Virus record (IMG/VR): IMGVR_UViG_3300009472_000001
Span: 1 to 47,354 of that record
Strand: one strand, 5' to 3'
Source: a virus
Lineage: Duplodnaviria > Caudoviricetes
DNA: 47,354 bases
The notes below the pieces were generated by a model. That model was not told where the DNA came from. It saw only the letters and a program-made list of their open reading frames with translations, and made no database searches. Below, one piece after another: positions 1-9,330 of this stretch; within the stretch, counting starts at the first letter, position 1; each line of letters begins with the position of its first letter. The position numbers were made by a program, and so were the translations under genes.

Positions 1-123
1 AGCGTAAACCCGTGCATCCGCGCCGTGATTACGGTGCGATGCCTTGGTTTGAGCTTGTGCATCGCCGCATTGATGTATTCGGATGGGCTATCTTTGCATC
101 CATTGGCGTCAATGATTGTGTCA
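1..123. repeat. Terminal direct repeat, left copy (identical to 47232-47354); most likely assembly overlap of a circular/permuted genome
   Basis: agcgtaaacc...gattgtgtca occurs at both ends; a gene reads through the junction in frame. Confidence 0.95.
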
Positions 124-470
124 ATGTATTCACGCACGTCACCATCATCGGTAGGCGTCTTGCGGTTTAGAACGTCAACCAAAGACACTCGAATTTTAGG
201 GCTGTACATATTATTTGAGGATGCGATATGGCCTCTAATCTGCCAGATGAAATGTGTTGAAAGCCGTGTACCCGCGTCTAGGTCAAACGTATTCATTGCG
301 TGAAGAAACGCCATGCGGCAAGTTTGCGCAGCATCATCCGGGCTTGGTTTTCGGAATGACCATCTTTTGATAGTCGGTTCAAACGCCGCCATAGCCTCAT
401 TGAACGCGGTTTCATCGCGGTCCTGTTGCCATCGCTGGATTAGTTCTCGCTCTCGTTCTTTGGTTAGCAT
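1..470 (-). CDS. Sigma-70 family (RpoH/sigma32-like) sigma factor, N-terminal part; continues across the junction to 47069 (about 210 aa total)
   Basis: Manual translation from ATG 470: MLTKERERELIQRWQQDRDETA...MNTFDLDAGTRLSTHFIWQIR (regions 1.2 and 2); in frame with ORF 47069-47293 (LGVTRERIRQIE, region 4.2). Confidence 0.85.
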   Translation of the reverse strand, partial: MLTKERERELIQRWQQDRDETAFNEAMAAFEPTIKRWSFRKPSPDDAAQTCRMAFLHAMNTFDLDAGTRLSTHFIWQIRGHIASSNNMYSPKIRVSLVDVLNRKTPTDDGDVREYIDTIIDANGCKDSPSEYINAAMHKLKPRHRTVITARMHGFT

Positions 471-679
471 TCCCACTCTGCAATCTCCCTTATCGCGTCA
501 CATAGCGCAGATGGTGGACTTGGGATCGTAACCCCCAGCACCGCCACGTGGTCAACCGTGATGTTGTCTGGCTCATACCAAACAGGCGAACCCCTGACGC
601 CGTAGTCAGCGCGGGACATATCCGCGCTGAGTGTTGCTTCTAATACGTCGGTTGATACGGTTGTCGTGTGGCGTGTCAC
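464..679 (-). CDS. Hypothetical protein
   Basis: 71-aa ORF overlapping the dnaN stop and the sigma start, consistent with operon coupling. Confidence 0.6.
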   Translation of the reverse strand: MTRHTTTVSTDVLEATLSADMSRADYGVRGSPVWYEPDNITVDHVAVLGVTIPSPPSALCDAIREIAEWEC

Positions 680-1755
680 GACTGCAACCGCATAGGCATG
701 ATAACCAACGTGAACGCCGCGTCTGCATCATCCTCAATACGCGCGGGGGATCCAGCATCAACAACGTACATCACTGCATTGCCTTCTAAGTGTTGCATGG
801 CGGATGTAACGTACTTGCTATTGAACCCGATACGCACTGGGTCGCCTTCAATTTCTGCGGCGATGTGATCCTCAATCAAGTTAGTGCCAGTCCGACCAAA
901 CACGCCAATACCATCCGCGCCGATATCCATTGCGACTGCGTTGTTGGTCTTGTCCAGAACCGCCCCCACAAGGTCAACAGATGCTTTCATGTCCTTGCCT
1001 GCAAAACGCGCGATGGTGCCTTTACGTTCTGGAATAATTCGCGTGTAGTCAGGGAACGTGCCGTCAACAACCTTGCTAACCAGTGACCATGTATCATCCG
1101 AGAACCGAACCTTACCCGCTGATACCTGCATTTTGACAGGCATTTCAGGTGATCCAATCATCGGTATGGTTTCAGACGGGATGATCACGCTAGGCATACC
1201 CGTTGCGTCAACATCGCAAGCCCATTTTGCAAGGCGGTGACCATCCGTAGCAACGCCCGTAAGCCCATCATCAGACGCGTGAATGTAAACCCCGCGCAAG
1301 TAGTATCGCGTTTCTTCTACCGACGCCGCAAACGACACCTTGCCGAATAGGTTGGCGATCTGATCAGGGTCCAGCATCATTTCAAAGTCGTATTTGTCGC
1401 TTGCCATATGCGGGAAGTCCTCGGCAAGCAAGGTGGCAATAGTCACGCTAACACGACCCGCCTTAACGTCAATTACACCCTTGCCGCTGTCAATGCTGAT
1501 CAACGCGCCCTTTGGCATTTTCTTAACCACATCGGACAACATCTTAAACGGCACCGCAACCGCGCCTTCTGTTTCTACGGTTGCGTATGCCTTGGCTTGT
1601 ACCTCTGCATCAAGGTTGGTCGCCGTGATCGTGACGCCATCCGATGCGCTGATCAAAACATATTGCGTGATGGGCAATGTCGCCTTAGACGCCACTGCAT
1701 ATGCAACCCGTGCTAGTGCCGCCGCGAACGCTGGCTGTTCAATTGTAAGTTTCAT
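676..1755 (-). CDS. dnaN: DNA polymerase III beta subunit (sliding clamp)
   Basis: 359 aa; ATNLD, EETRYYLRGV, ATDGHRLA, GTFPDYTRIIP, IGFNSKY and C-terminal VIMPMRL motifs. Confidence 0.95.
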   Translation of the reverse strand: MKLTIEQPAFAAALARVAYAVASKATLPITQYVLISASDGVTITATNLDAEVQAKAYATVETEGAVAVPFKMLSDVVKKMPKGALISIDSGKGVIDVKAGRVSVTIATLLAEDFPHMASDKYDFEMMLDPDQIANLFGKVSFAASVEETRYYLRGVYIHASDDGLTGVATDGHRLAKWACDVDATGMPSVIIPSETIPMIGSPEMPVKMQVSAGKVRFSDDTWSLVSKVVDGTFPDYTRIIPERKGTIARFAGKDMKASVDLVGAVLDKTNNAVAMDIGADGIGVFGRTGTNLIEDHIAAEIEGDPVRIGFNSKYVTSAMQHLEGNAVMYVVDAGSPARIEDDADAAFTLVIMPMRLQS

Positions 1756-1955
1756 GTGTTGTTCTCCATTTTCATGTCCATAATAATATCTTCTGCCGCG
1801 TTAGCTGCACTTGACATTGCATCAATCTCATATTCAAGATTGTCAATATGCTTATCAAGCCTTTCGCGTGGCGTCAATAGCCACCGCCCATCCTTGCGCA
1901 GTTGCTTTTCCGCCATGCCGTACGATGGCAAGTCTATTAGTTGTTGCGGGGTCAT
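1752..1955 (-). CDS. Hypothetical protein
   Basis: 67 aa with 4-bp overlaps to both neighbours. Confidence 0.65.
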   Translation of the reverse strand: MTPQQLIDLPSYGMAEKQLRKDGRWLLTPRERLDKHIDNLEYEIDAMSSAANAAEDIIMDMKMENNT

Positions 1956-2944
1956 GAGAATAAGCCCCCGTCCTGATCTTTAACCGCGTCATTCTTGGCA
2001 GACGCGATGTACTTGACCGCCTGATTATAGTAGCTAGATTTCAACTCAATACCTACACCGCGACGACCCAAGTAAACAGGGCTGTAAACCTCGGAGCCAA
2101 CGCCCATAAACGGCGTCAATACAGTTTCGCCGGGGTTGGTGTACAATTCAACACACCGATGAATGATATCCAGCATTAGCGGGTGAACGTGCTTTACATC
2201 ATCAGGCTCGCGCGCCTCGCCATCATCCACAACCGCGCGCGCCGTAAGTCCATCGCCGCAAAGCTGTGAATTACTCGCGCGAATGTCCATCCATGCAGAC
2301 GATGCGTAACGCCGCCATACATTGTGAGAAAACTTGTTTAGCTTTTGGTCGCCGACATGCCCACGAAACGGCATTGCATCTTCTGGAATTGGATCAGAAC
2401 CGAAATACCTATGAAATCCCGTTTCATGCGTAACCGGAACAGCGTTGTCGCCTTTCTTGCGGAAAAACAGAACGTAATCAGCGTTTGCGATGCTTGATTT
2501 GGTGCTATCCTCGCAGATCGTTTGATGTGCCAAGCCTCGAACCATCGTGCGCAACCGAACCGCCAACGGCTCATTCCATTTAAGGCGACGCCCGATAAAC
2601 TTAAAACCTGCATCTTCATGTAGCTTGATGATGTTGCCCGGCAAATTGTGAACAGTCCCTACTGCGTCCTCACCAATATCCATGCAATGAACCGCGTTAA
2701 TGCGACCCGGCTTTGTGATGCGATACAGTTCTTTCACCAAAAATCCGTATTGATTGTAGAATTCCTCATAGTTGTAGCAGTTCGACATGTCGCGTTCGTC
2801 GCCTGAATACTGAAACAAGCCAGCAAATGGCGGGGAATACACCGCCATGTCAATGCTATTTGGCTTCATTTCCGACACTACTTCCATGCAATCCCCGTTG
2901 TAGATTGCATAGTCGTCCGTGATTACTTGATCCATTACAGTCAT
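1952..2944 (-). CDS. DNA amino-methyltransferase (N4-cytosine/N6-adenine, beta-type motif order)
   Basis: YNGDCME, catalytic SPPF, then HP and VLTPFMGVGS...GRRGVGIEL SAM-binding motif. Confidence 0.9.
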   Translation of the reverse strand: MTVMDQVITDDYAIYNGDCMEVVSEMKPNSIDMAVYSPPFAGLFQYSGDERDMSNCYNYEEFYNQYGFLVKELYRITKPGRINAVHCMDIGEDAVGTVHNLPGNIIKLHEDAGFKFIGRRLKWNEPLAVRLRTMVRGLAHQTICEDSTKSSIANADYVLFFRKKGDNAVPVTHETGFHRYFGSDPIPEDAMPFRGHVGDQKLNKFSHNVWRRYASSAWMDIRASNSQLCGDGLTARAVVDDGEAREPDDVKHVHPLMLDIIHRCVELYTNPGETVLTPFMGVGSEVYSPVYLGRRGVGIELKSSYYNQAVKYIASAKNDAVKDQDGGLFS

Positions 2945-2956
2945 TTTTCTATCCTT

Positions 2957-4327
2957 TTATACCCAAGACGGGAATGTGGGCTTTGTGCCGTTCCCGAATA
3001 TCTTCTTGTGTGTTTGAGCATCTACCATGTGACGCATCATCTCGTCAAACATTTTATCAGCCGCTTCTGCCTTTCTTTTGCGTGAACTCGCCACGTTAGC
3101 AAGCGACGATGTACCGATCTGGTGAACGGTAACCTCATTCTTTTGACCGAACCGCCAGAACCGTCGCACCGCCTGATAATACTGTTCATAGCTGTAATCA
3201 TCAAAGTAGGTGCAAGCCGCGCTATGCTGCCAATTGACGCCAAGTGCTGCGATCTTTGGCTTCGTAACTAGGTACTTGATTTCGCCAGTCTTAAACGCCC
3301 TGAACTTTTCCTCTTTCACCTCGTCTTTGTCAGCGCCAGATAGATTGACAGCGCCGGGCACAAGCCTTGTCAGTTCGTCTGCCTCTGCATTGAATTGGCA
3401 CCACATGACGCCACTTTCATGCCCTTGGATCAAGTCAGCAGCCATGCCGCAACGCTCTGCAATGGTCGCCTTTTTCTCAATGCGCTCATTCGGTAGACCT
3501 CGAACGGGCATGGCAAATAGCTGACCTTCAAGCGGTGAACTTTGTATCTCGTGGTGAATTTCCGTTAGCTTTGGCAATACCCCTCCATCATCCGAGAACC
3601 CAAGATCAGAAGGGCGGCGAACCGCGCGCGCCCATGATGCAACCCAACGCCAGAAATGCGGCTCGGCATGGCCCTTGAACCGCCATGCTTGCCCAATGTG
3701 AGCGGGGTGCAACGTATCATCGTTAGACTTAAAGAACGTCGCCAACATGTCCATATACGCCATATCACCCAACGCCTCGGATGATGTTCCAAGTTCTGTA
3801 TAATCGTTTGGGGATGGTGTTGCGGTGTACATCGCGCGGTATTTAACCTTGCGCATCATTCGCGTGATGTTGCCACGAATTGAGCCGTCAAAGTTCTTAA
3901 GGATGCTACTTTCATCGCATACGATGCCTGAAAAGTCATTAACGTCGAACATATGCAACCGCTCATAGTTGGTCGTGATAATGCCTTTGCCGTTCGGAAC
4001 TTTACCATCAGACGACCTGACAGCCTCAATTCCGAACTTTTCAGCTTCTTCTACTGTTTGGTGCGATACGGAAAGGGGCGCAAGGATAAGGACGGGCTTG
4101 TTGGTTTTGCGGTGTACATTTTCAGCCCACACCAATTGCATAAGCGTTTTGCCAAGTCCGCAGTCGGCAAAGTTAGCGCCACGGCCCTTGGTTAGCGTCC
4201 ATTCGATCAAATGGTTCTGAAAATCATAGCAATTCGGGTTTTCATAGATAGGCTTGAACCCAAAGTCACCAGCAAGATGCGTCTTGCCTTCGACAAATGC
4301 CTTGTAGTCGCTAATGCTCATATTCAC
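2957..4327 (-). CDS. SNF2-like SF2 helicase/ATPase
   Basis: DCGLGKT (Walker A), CDESS (Walker B), TATPSPND, QAVRRFWRFGQ (motif VI). Confidence 0.88.
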   Translation of the reverse strand: MNMSISDYKAFVEGKTHLAGDFGFKPIYENPNCYDFQNHLIEWTLTKGRGANFADCGLGKTLMQLVWAENVHRKTNKPVLILAPLSVSHQTVEEAEKFGIEAVRSSDGKVPNGKGIITTNYERLHMFDVNDFSGIVCDESSILKNFDGSIRGNITRMMRKVKYRAMYTATPSPNDYTELGTSSEALGDMAYMDMLATFFKSNDDTLHPAHIGQAWRFKGHAEPHFWRWVASWARAVRRPSDLGFSDDGGVLPKLTEIHHEIQSSPLEGQLFAMPVRGLPNERIEKKATIAERCGMAADLIQGHESGVMWCQFNAEADELTRLVPGAVNLSGADKDEVKEEKFRAFKTGEIKYLVTKPKIAALGVNWQHSAACTYFDDYSYEQYYQAVRRFWRFGQKNEVTVHQIGTSSLANVASSRKRKAEAADKMFDEMMRHMVDAQTHKKIFGNGTKPTFPSWV

Positions 4328-4965
4328 TTACCTCCTGTTAATGCGTTCCAACTTACGGGGAACAACGGCGCGATGATATCACCAACCATGCGCGCTAAGT
4401 CTTGCGTTTCCTTTTGAGCGTGTGGGTCGGTGCGTTGATTATAGAACCGCGCATAGCTTGCCAGATTGCCCGTCCATATCCAGTTAACAATCGCGCCTTG
4501 TGGTAGGATAAATCTGGCTTGTTCGGGGCATACGTCATCTGCGATCATGTCGCAGTACAAGTCAACACACATTTCAGCGTGGTTAATATATTCACGCCCC
4601 CAATCTTTGCTATCAGGATGCACCCCACCACTGCCCTGCTTCACGTTATCCGCAGCCATACGCCATTCATCCGGCACAAATACTTCAGGTCGTGATGAAA
4701 TGTATCGGCGGCTTTCTTCGTTCTCAGTCAACCCGGCCTTGTGTTTGAAGCATTGAGTGCGAACCGGAACAGGTGCGGACATTCGCAAGCTGATAGCCGT
4801 ATGGGCAAACGGCGTCCAATGGTTATGCTTGGCAAGGTATGTGATAAGTCGGACGTCATCATCCGCCATTACCTCACTCACCTTATCAAATGATACCCGC
4901 GCGGCATTTACAACGCTAAGATCATCGCCCATGTGGCCAACATATTCAACTGTCTGCTTGGTCAT
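4324..4965 (-). CDS. thyX: Flavin-dependent thymidylate synthase
   Basis: VVNAARVSF, HWTPFAH, KHK..NEESRRY, CPEQARFILPQ, HAQKE; start placed after AAGGAGAATGAT. Confidence 0.92.
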   Translation of the reverse strand: MTKQTVEYVGHMGDDLSVVNAARVSFDKVSEVMADDDVRLITYLAKHNHWTPFAHTAISLRMSAPVPVRTQCFKHKAGLTENEESRRYISSRPEVFVPDEWRMAADNVKQGSGGVHPDSKDWGREYINHAEMCVDLYCDMIADDVCPEQARFILPQGAIVNWIWTGNLASYARFYNQRTDPHAQKETQDLARMVGDIIAPLFPVSWNALTGGK

Positions 4966-5017
4966 ATCATTCTCCTTTTTCATGCCACACCATGCGCCAT
5001 CCATAAAGCATAGTCAA

Positions 5018-5041
5018 TAAAAAACCCGCCGTAGCGGGTTG
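5018..5041 (-). terminator. Rho-independent terminator after ssb, overlapping a putative thyX promoter
   Basis: AACCCGC-TACG-GCGGGTT followed by a T run on the minus strand. Confidence 0.7.
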
Positions 5042-5047
5042 ATTATA

Positions 5048-5509
5048 TCAGAACGGGATTTCCGAGTCGTCAACATCGTCTCTAGGCGGCAATCCACTGC
5101 CTACCGTAGTTCCGCTAGATGGCCCACTATCATAACTGCCACCGCCCCCTGATCCGCCCTTGCCATCAAGCATCAACATAGTGCCGCCGAAGCCTTGCAG
5201 CACGATTTCGGTGCTGTAACGGTCATTGCCAGATTGATCTTGCCATTTGCGCGTTTGCAACTGGCCCTCAATCATCAGCTTGGAACCCTTCTTGACGTAT
5301 TGTTCAATTACGCCGACAAGCCCCTCCTGAAAAACGGCGACTGAGTGCCATTCTGTTTTCTCGCGCCGCTCGCCAGTGTTTCGATCCTTCCACTTTTCAG
5401 ACGTGGCAATTCGCAAATTAGCCACCTTGCCGCCATTGCTGAATGACCGGATTTCGGGATCAGCCCCTACGTTGCCGATTATCATGACTTTGTTTAGGCT
5501 ACCACTCAC
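5048..5509 (-). CDS. ssb: Single-stranded DNA-binding protein
   Basis: [31 protein letters not shown], acidic DDSEIPF tail; alphaproteobacterial type. Confidence 0.97.
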   Translation of the reverse strand: MSGSLNKVMIIGNVGADPEIRSFSNGGKVANLRIATSEKWKDRNTGERREKTEWHSVAVFQEGLVGVIEQYVKKGSKLMIEGQLQTRKWQDQSGNDRYSTEIVLQGFGGTMLMLDGKGGSGGGGSYDSGPSSGTTVGSGLPPRDDVDDSEIPF

Positions 5510-6120
5510 ATTGGCACCTCATCATCATCAACATCATTTGGTCTATCTGCCTCCTCGGTTAGCTTTTTCAATTCATCCATGATCGTCTTTGCAACGTCAC
5601 GCGATTGCGGGTTGTCTTTCCACCACGCATTAAACGCATCTTTACCACGTCCAGCAGCATCACGCGCGTCTTGCTTGATTGCGTCCGTGTCGATGGCTGG
5701 GGCGGCTGATTGCAGTTCTAGGATTAGCGGCTGGATTGTTACCGCGCCTTTCTTGCCGCGCGTTTTGGTCAACATCAATTGACGTGGTTTGTCGATGCCT
5801 TCCATATGAGACACCCTAATACCACCAACCGCAGCACCCGCCCAAGTAACTGTAGGGTCGTTGTAAATCGTGCAGGACATGCCAACCCATTGCGCGGCGT
5901 TACTTCCCCATATGGACGCAAGGCATCGGGCAGCGGACTTGCACGGCTTCCACGGCCTGCTATTGTCACCATCATAATTGATGACAATCGGCTGCTCTGG
6001 CGTGTCCCTAACATCAACCGACGTGATCTTGATTGTTCGCGGGCCTGACATCAGATCGTCGGCGTTGATCTGATCTGATTTAGGCTGGATCGCGCGTGTT
6101 ACGTCTTGGTTATCACCCAT
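5506..6120 (-). CDS. Conserved phage protein between exonuclease and SSB (candidate recombination/annealing protein)
   Basis: [11 protein letters not shown]...PWKPCKS...VGGIRVSHM core, acidic DDDEVPM tail; gene context. Confidence 0.7.
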   Translation of the reverse strand: MGDNQDVTRAIQPKSDQINADDLMSGPRTIKITSVDVRDTPEQPIVINYDGDNSRPWKPCKSAARCLASIWGSNAAQWVGMSCTIYNDPTVTWAGAAVGGIRVSHMEGIDKPRQLMLTKTRGKKGAVTIQPLILELQSAAPAIDTDAIKQDARDAAGRGKDAFNAWWKDNPQSRDVAKTIMDELKKLTEEADRPNDVDDDEVPM

Positions 6121-6808
6121 CAAAATATACCTCCGTTTCGGGTTCTTCCCGTTCTGTTTCAATTACCACGTCACACGATGCAAGCCGATCATGATATGCC
6201 TCGATTACCTCTTGCACCTTACCCTCAAATTCAAGCGCCGCGTTCAAGATCGCATCTTGGTATTCTGGAATAGGCTCAGATCGAATACGCCACATCGGCA
6301 ACCCGCCTGAATATGACAGATAGTCGATGTAATCCCAACCCGTCACCAGCAACCCTGTTTGAAGCTGCAAGATATGCTCAGTCGGGATTTCGTCGCTTGT
6401 AATCACTTGCACCTGATACTTCTGCACCCGTGACTTGCATTCGATGCCAAAGCCACCCATAACGCCAGCGCCATCCGGGCTGTAACCAATAATCACGCCG
6501 CCAACATCGCGCGTAATGAAGCCTAGTTCATCAACTGGTGCATAATTGTCGCTATACGCATCACGCGCTTTGATTTCGTCGGAATGCCCGCGCAACATTG
6601 CATCACCGATGTAGGTTGGTTCGGTGTATTGGCTGATACGTTGCGCGGCTAGTTCGTATACGTGCTGACGGGTTTTTTCGTTATTGGCGACCTTTAGCGT
6701 TGGCGTCAAGCAGAGGTTCATCTCGCTTGCCGTCAAAATACCATTGCGCGCGGCATGCCATTCAGGCGTACCCTGCTCAACGTCGTGTATAATTGCTTGT
6801 GGGTGCAT
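6113..6808 (-). CDS. YqaJ/lambda-type exonuclease
   Basis: EQGTPEWHAARNGILTAS, MLRG, GYSPDG, IECKS, QLQ motifs. Confidence 0.9.
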   Translation of the reverse strand: MHPQAIIHDVEQGTPEWHAARNGILTASEMNLCLTPTLKVANNEKTRQHVYELAAQRISQYTEPTYIGDAMLRGHSDEIKARDAYSDNYAPVDELGFITRDVGGVIIGYSPDGAGVMGGFGIECKSRVQKYQVQVITSDEIPTEHILQLQTGLLVTGWDYIDYLSYSGGLPMWRIRSEPIPEYQDAILNAALEFEGKVQEVIEAYHDRLASCDVVIETEREEPETEVYFDG

Positions 6809-6809
6809 G

Positions 6810-7115
6810 TTATTTTGCCCCCAGCGTAAACACCGATACGCCATTTCCAGAACGGCATCCAGTAAGTTCCATTCCGTGCAATAATGCAAGCGCCTCAATT
6901 TCAGCCAAAATAGTTGCCGATTTAGACGGTTCATCCCATAGCGCGATTAGGTCGCGTTCAACTTCACATCCGTCAAAATCCGTTAGGCCGTTACTTTCAT
7001 AAGTAAGCATGTTATCGCCACGATACGGCCATTTTTCATTGCTAGCATCATCGTTCAAAATCTCAACCCGCTCACCATTGCGCGTCTTATACACGCCGCC
7101 TACTTCAATTTTCAT
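6810..7115 (-). CDS. Hypothetical protein (GGVYKTRNG-type domain)
   Basis: Strong RBS AAGGAGAATGAT-ATG and upstream TTGATT-N17-CATGGT. Confidence 0.75.
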   Translation of the reverse strand: MKIEVGGVYKTRNGERVEILNDDASNEKWPYRGDNMLTYESNGLTDFDGCEVERDLIALWDEPSKSATILAEIEALALLHGMELTGCRSGNGVSVFTLGAK

Positions 7116-7164
7116 ATCATTCTCCTTTTATCCACCAACACCATGCCACACCATGCAAACATAA

Positions 7165-7575
7165 TCAAGGGTCAATTTTCTCGCCGCGCATAATTCGTTC
7201 GGCATCTTCAATGCACCTACAGAACCCGCTTAGACCACCGTCACGCCAGACAATATCATGCCATTTGATTTGCGCGGCACTTGCGCGCCCGGTTTCGGTT
7301 TTCATTTCCATCGACAGGAACCGCGCGAACTTCTGACCAACCATGTCTTGCGTAATGGTAACTGGAACCCATCCAATACGGTCCGCGCTACCCTTCATTA
7401 GACCAAAGTTGATCCACATGGCGTCACGCAACACAACGTCACCATTAGGTAGAGTTCTGATCTTCTTGCCAGACCACGCACCCCCGACGTTGTTGCGGAA
7501 TGACTTGCCTCCAGCTTTAGACACCGCAATCGCAGCGTCATTTGATACGTTTGCCTCTGTTCTTACACCTTGCAT
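7165..7575 (-). CDS. VRR-NUC family nuclease
   Basis: FRNNVG, FGLMKGSADRIG, EMKTETGRASAAQ..W motifs. Confidence 0.88.
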   Translation of the reverse strand: MQGVRTEANVSNDAAIAVSKAGGKSFRNNVGGAWSGKKIRTLPNGDVVLRDAMWINFGLMKGSADRIGWVPVTITQDMVGQKFARFLSMEMKTETGRASAAQIKWHDIVWRDGGLSGFCRCIEDAERIMRGEKIDP

Positions 7576-7760
7576 TCATCATCCTCATATGTGTTGAACT
7601 CAATTTCATATTCAAGATGAGCGCGCTTTAGGGTTTCAAATAATCCATCAATACCACCATTCGCATCGGCAAATTGACTAATTTCAAGCCCTAATAAATA
7701 ATCTCCAAAGCACTCATTGACATAAACTAAAGCGTCATGTTCCGTTCTTACACCTTGCAT
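7563..7760 (-). CDS. Hypothetical protein, AT-rich inserted gene
   Basis: 65 aa; begins with the same MQGVRTE as the downstream nuclease. Confidence 0.6.
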   Translation of the reverse strand: MQGVRTEHDALVYVNECFGDYLLGLEISQFADANGGIDGLFETLKRAHLEYEIEFNTYEDDECKV

Positions 7761-7918
7761 TTACAACTCCTTTTTACAACCACCATAACCTCACCATCGC
7801 GCCTGACTATCTTCACATCATCCGGCGTCAATCCTCTAGTGCGACAGAACTCCTTAGCCAGTGTCGCGGCGTCTGGCTCGTCTGGCGTTCGGTATGGGAT
7901 GAAATTTGGAGGCATCAT
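7748..7918 (-). CDS. Small hypothetical protein (56 aa; not in ORF track)
   Basis: MMPPNFIPYRTPDEP...KRSCKCKV; fills the gap between helicase and next gene with overlaps. Confidence 0.55.
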   Translation of the reverse strand: MMPPNFIPYRTPDEPDAATLAKEFCRTRGLTPDDVKIVRRDGEVMVVVKRSCKCKV

Positions 7919-9330
7919 TTTATCGGTAACCTCCGCACCTTTAATTGACGTTTAGCCCAAGCTAACGGGTCTTTGTATTCTTCTTCCTTAGCATATTCCA
8001 ATAGCCCTTTCAATCCTTTTTCCTTTGCGATAATAGCCACTATTTGCGGCTTTTTCATGCGCGGTGCCGTTTCCGACACCTCAATCAACTCGCCTTCAAC
8101 CTCCTCAATTTGACGCCCCATGATAGGGAACACATGGCCGCAGTTTGGGCATGTAGGACATGGGCGCATCACAAAATAGCACTCCCCGCATTGGCGCGTT
8201 GGTTCTGTCTTTTCACCACCCGCGCCACGTTTCTTTGCCGCTTCTAGTGACCATTCCCTATCCTGATCCGGCATGCCGTGTTCAAGCGCATTGCCTGCAT
8301 GGTCGAATATCATTGCAGGCTTATCCTTCATGCGCAATACCCTACCCCATTTTTGCGCTTGCCACGGTAGGGACTTGCTGGGGCATAGGTCAGACATGCT
8401 TTCAATGGTCACGTCAACGCCGCTCGCTTGTGCCAGATCGAAACCGAAACCCCACAATTGCGCATTGCATACGTTCAATATCTCACCCTTGGCAAACGCA
8501 CGAATGACCCGTTTCAAATAGTCAGGATCGCTTTCCCCGCTAACCGCCGCGCTTGGTATGCCCGCGTCATTGAATATTTGTGCCGTCATTTTAGCGTGTT
8601 TGACCGATGTACAGAACGATACGTTACGCAGTCCCATTGCGTTATTGGCGTAATGCTTGGCTGCGCTACCCACCAACACCTTGCCGCGTTCGTCTGACAT
8701 CATATAGCTGTCAACGTCATTGGCAACATATTGCCCACCCGTCACACGCAATGCGCTTAGATCAGGCGTATCAGGTGCGAACAACCGGAACTCACTTAGG
8801 CGCTTGTTTTCGATGTACCATCCGATCTGAGGGCCGCATACCATCTGATCATACCATTCACCCATGCCTTGCCCATTGGTTTTCATTGGGGTCGCACTTA
8901 GCCCAATGACCCACGACCCAGCCGACTTGTAATGCTGGATAATACGGTCTAAATCAGCGCCACCAAAATGGCATTCATCAATGAATACGATATCCAGCGT
9001 CGGTGCAGTATCTAGGCGGCGTGATAATGTCGGTGCTGATATTAACTTGACGCGCTCAAATGGTGAAGGTCGCCATCCAGCCGCAACCACCCCATGCGGT
9101 ATGCTGAACTCGTTTAGCGTCTCATGTGTTTGCGCCAATAATGACTTGCGCGGCACTAGGAACCCGCACCGATTTCCTTTGATGCGGGTTCTGTCGATCA
9201 TGTTAGCCGCCATACGCGTCTTGCCGCTTCCCGTTGCCGATTGCATCAGGACAGATTTAGAACGGCGCATGGTTTCAGATACGCGCGCGACAAGTTCGGT
9301 TTGGTCTGGATATAGCGTTACGGCGGTCAT
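7915..9330 (-). CDS. SF2 DEAD/DEAH-like helicase with C-terminal zinc finger
   Basis: ATGSGKT, DECH, SATP, QKWGRVLR, DHAGN, CGEC...CPNCG. Confidence 0.92.
   Translation of the reverse strand: MTAVTLYPDQTELVARVSETMRRSKSVLMQSATGSGKTRMAANMIDRTRIKGNRCGFLVPRKSLLAQTHETLNEFSIPHGVVAAGWRPSPFERVKLISAPTLSRRLDTAPTLDIVFIDECHFGGADLDRIIQHYKSAGSWVIGLSATPMKTNGQGMGEWYDQMVCGPQIGWYIENKRLSEFRLFAPDTPDLSALRVTGGQYVANDVDSYMMSDERGKVLVGSAAKHYANNAMGLRNVSFCTSVKHAKMTAQIFNDAGIPSAAVSGESDPDYLKRVIRAFAKGEILNVCNAQLWGFGFDLAQASGVDVTIESMSDLCPSKSLPWQAQKWGRVLRMKDKPAMIFDHAGNALEHGMPDQDREWSLEAAKKRGAGGEKTEPTRQCGECYFVMRPCPTCPNCGHVFPIMGRQIEEVEGELIEVSETAPRMKKPQIVAIIAKEKGLKGLLEYAKEEEYKDPLAWAKRQLKVRRLPIK

Noticed and set aside
1-123. Biological direct terminal repeat (T7-like)
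   Set aside because: The repeat lies in the middle of a coding sequence; assembly overlap is the simpler explanation
4700-4760. Non-canonical ThyX motif (KHK instead of RHR) as a sign of new chemistry
   Set aside because: Conservative substitution; the rest of the ThyX motifs, including the SRRY serine, are intact
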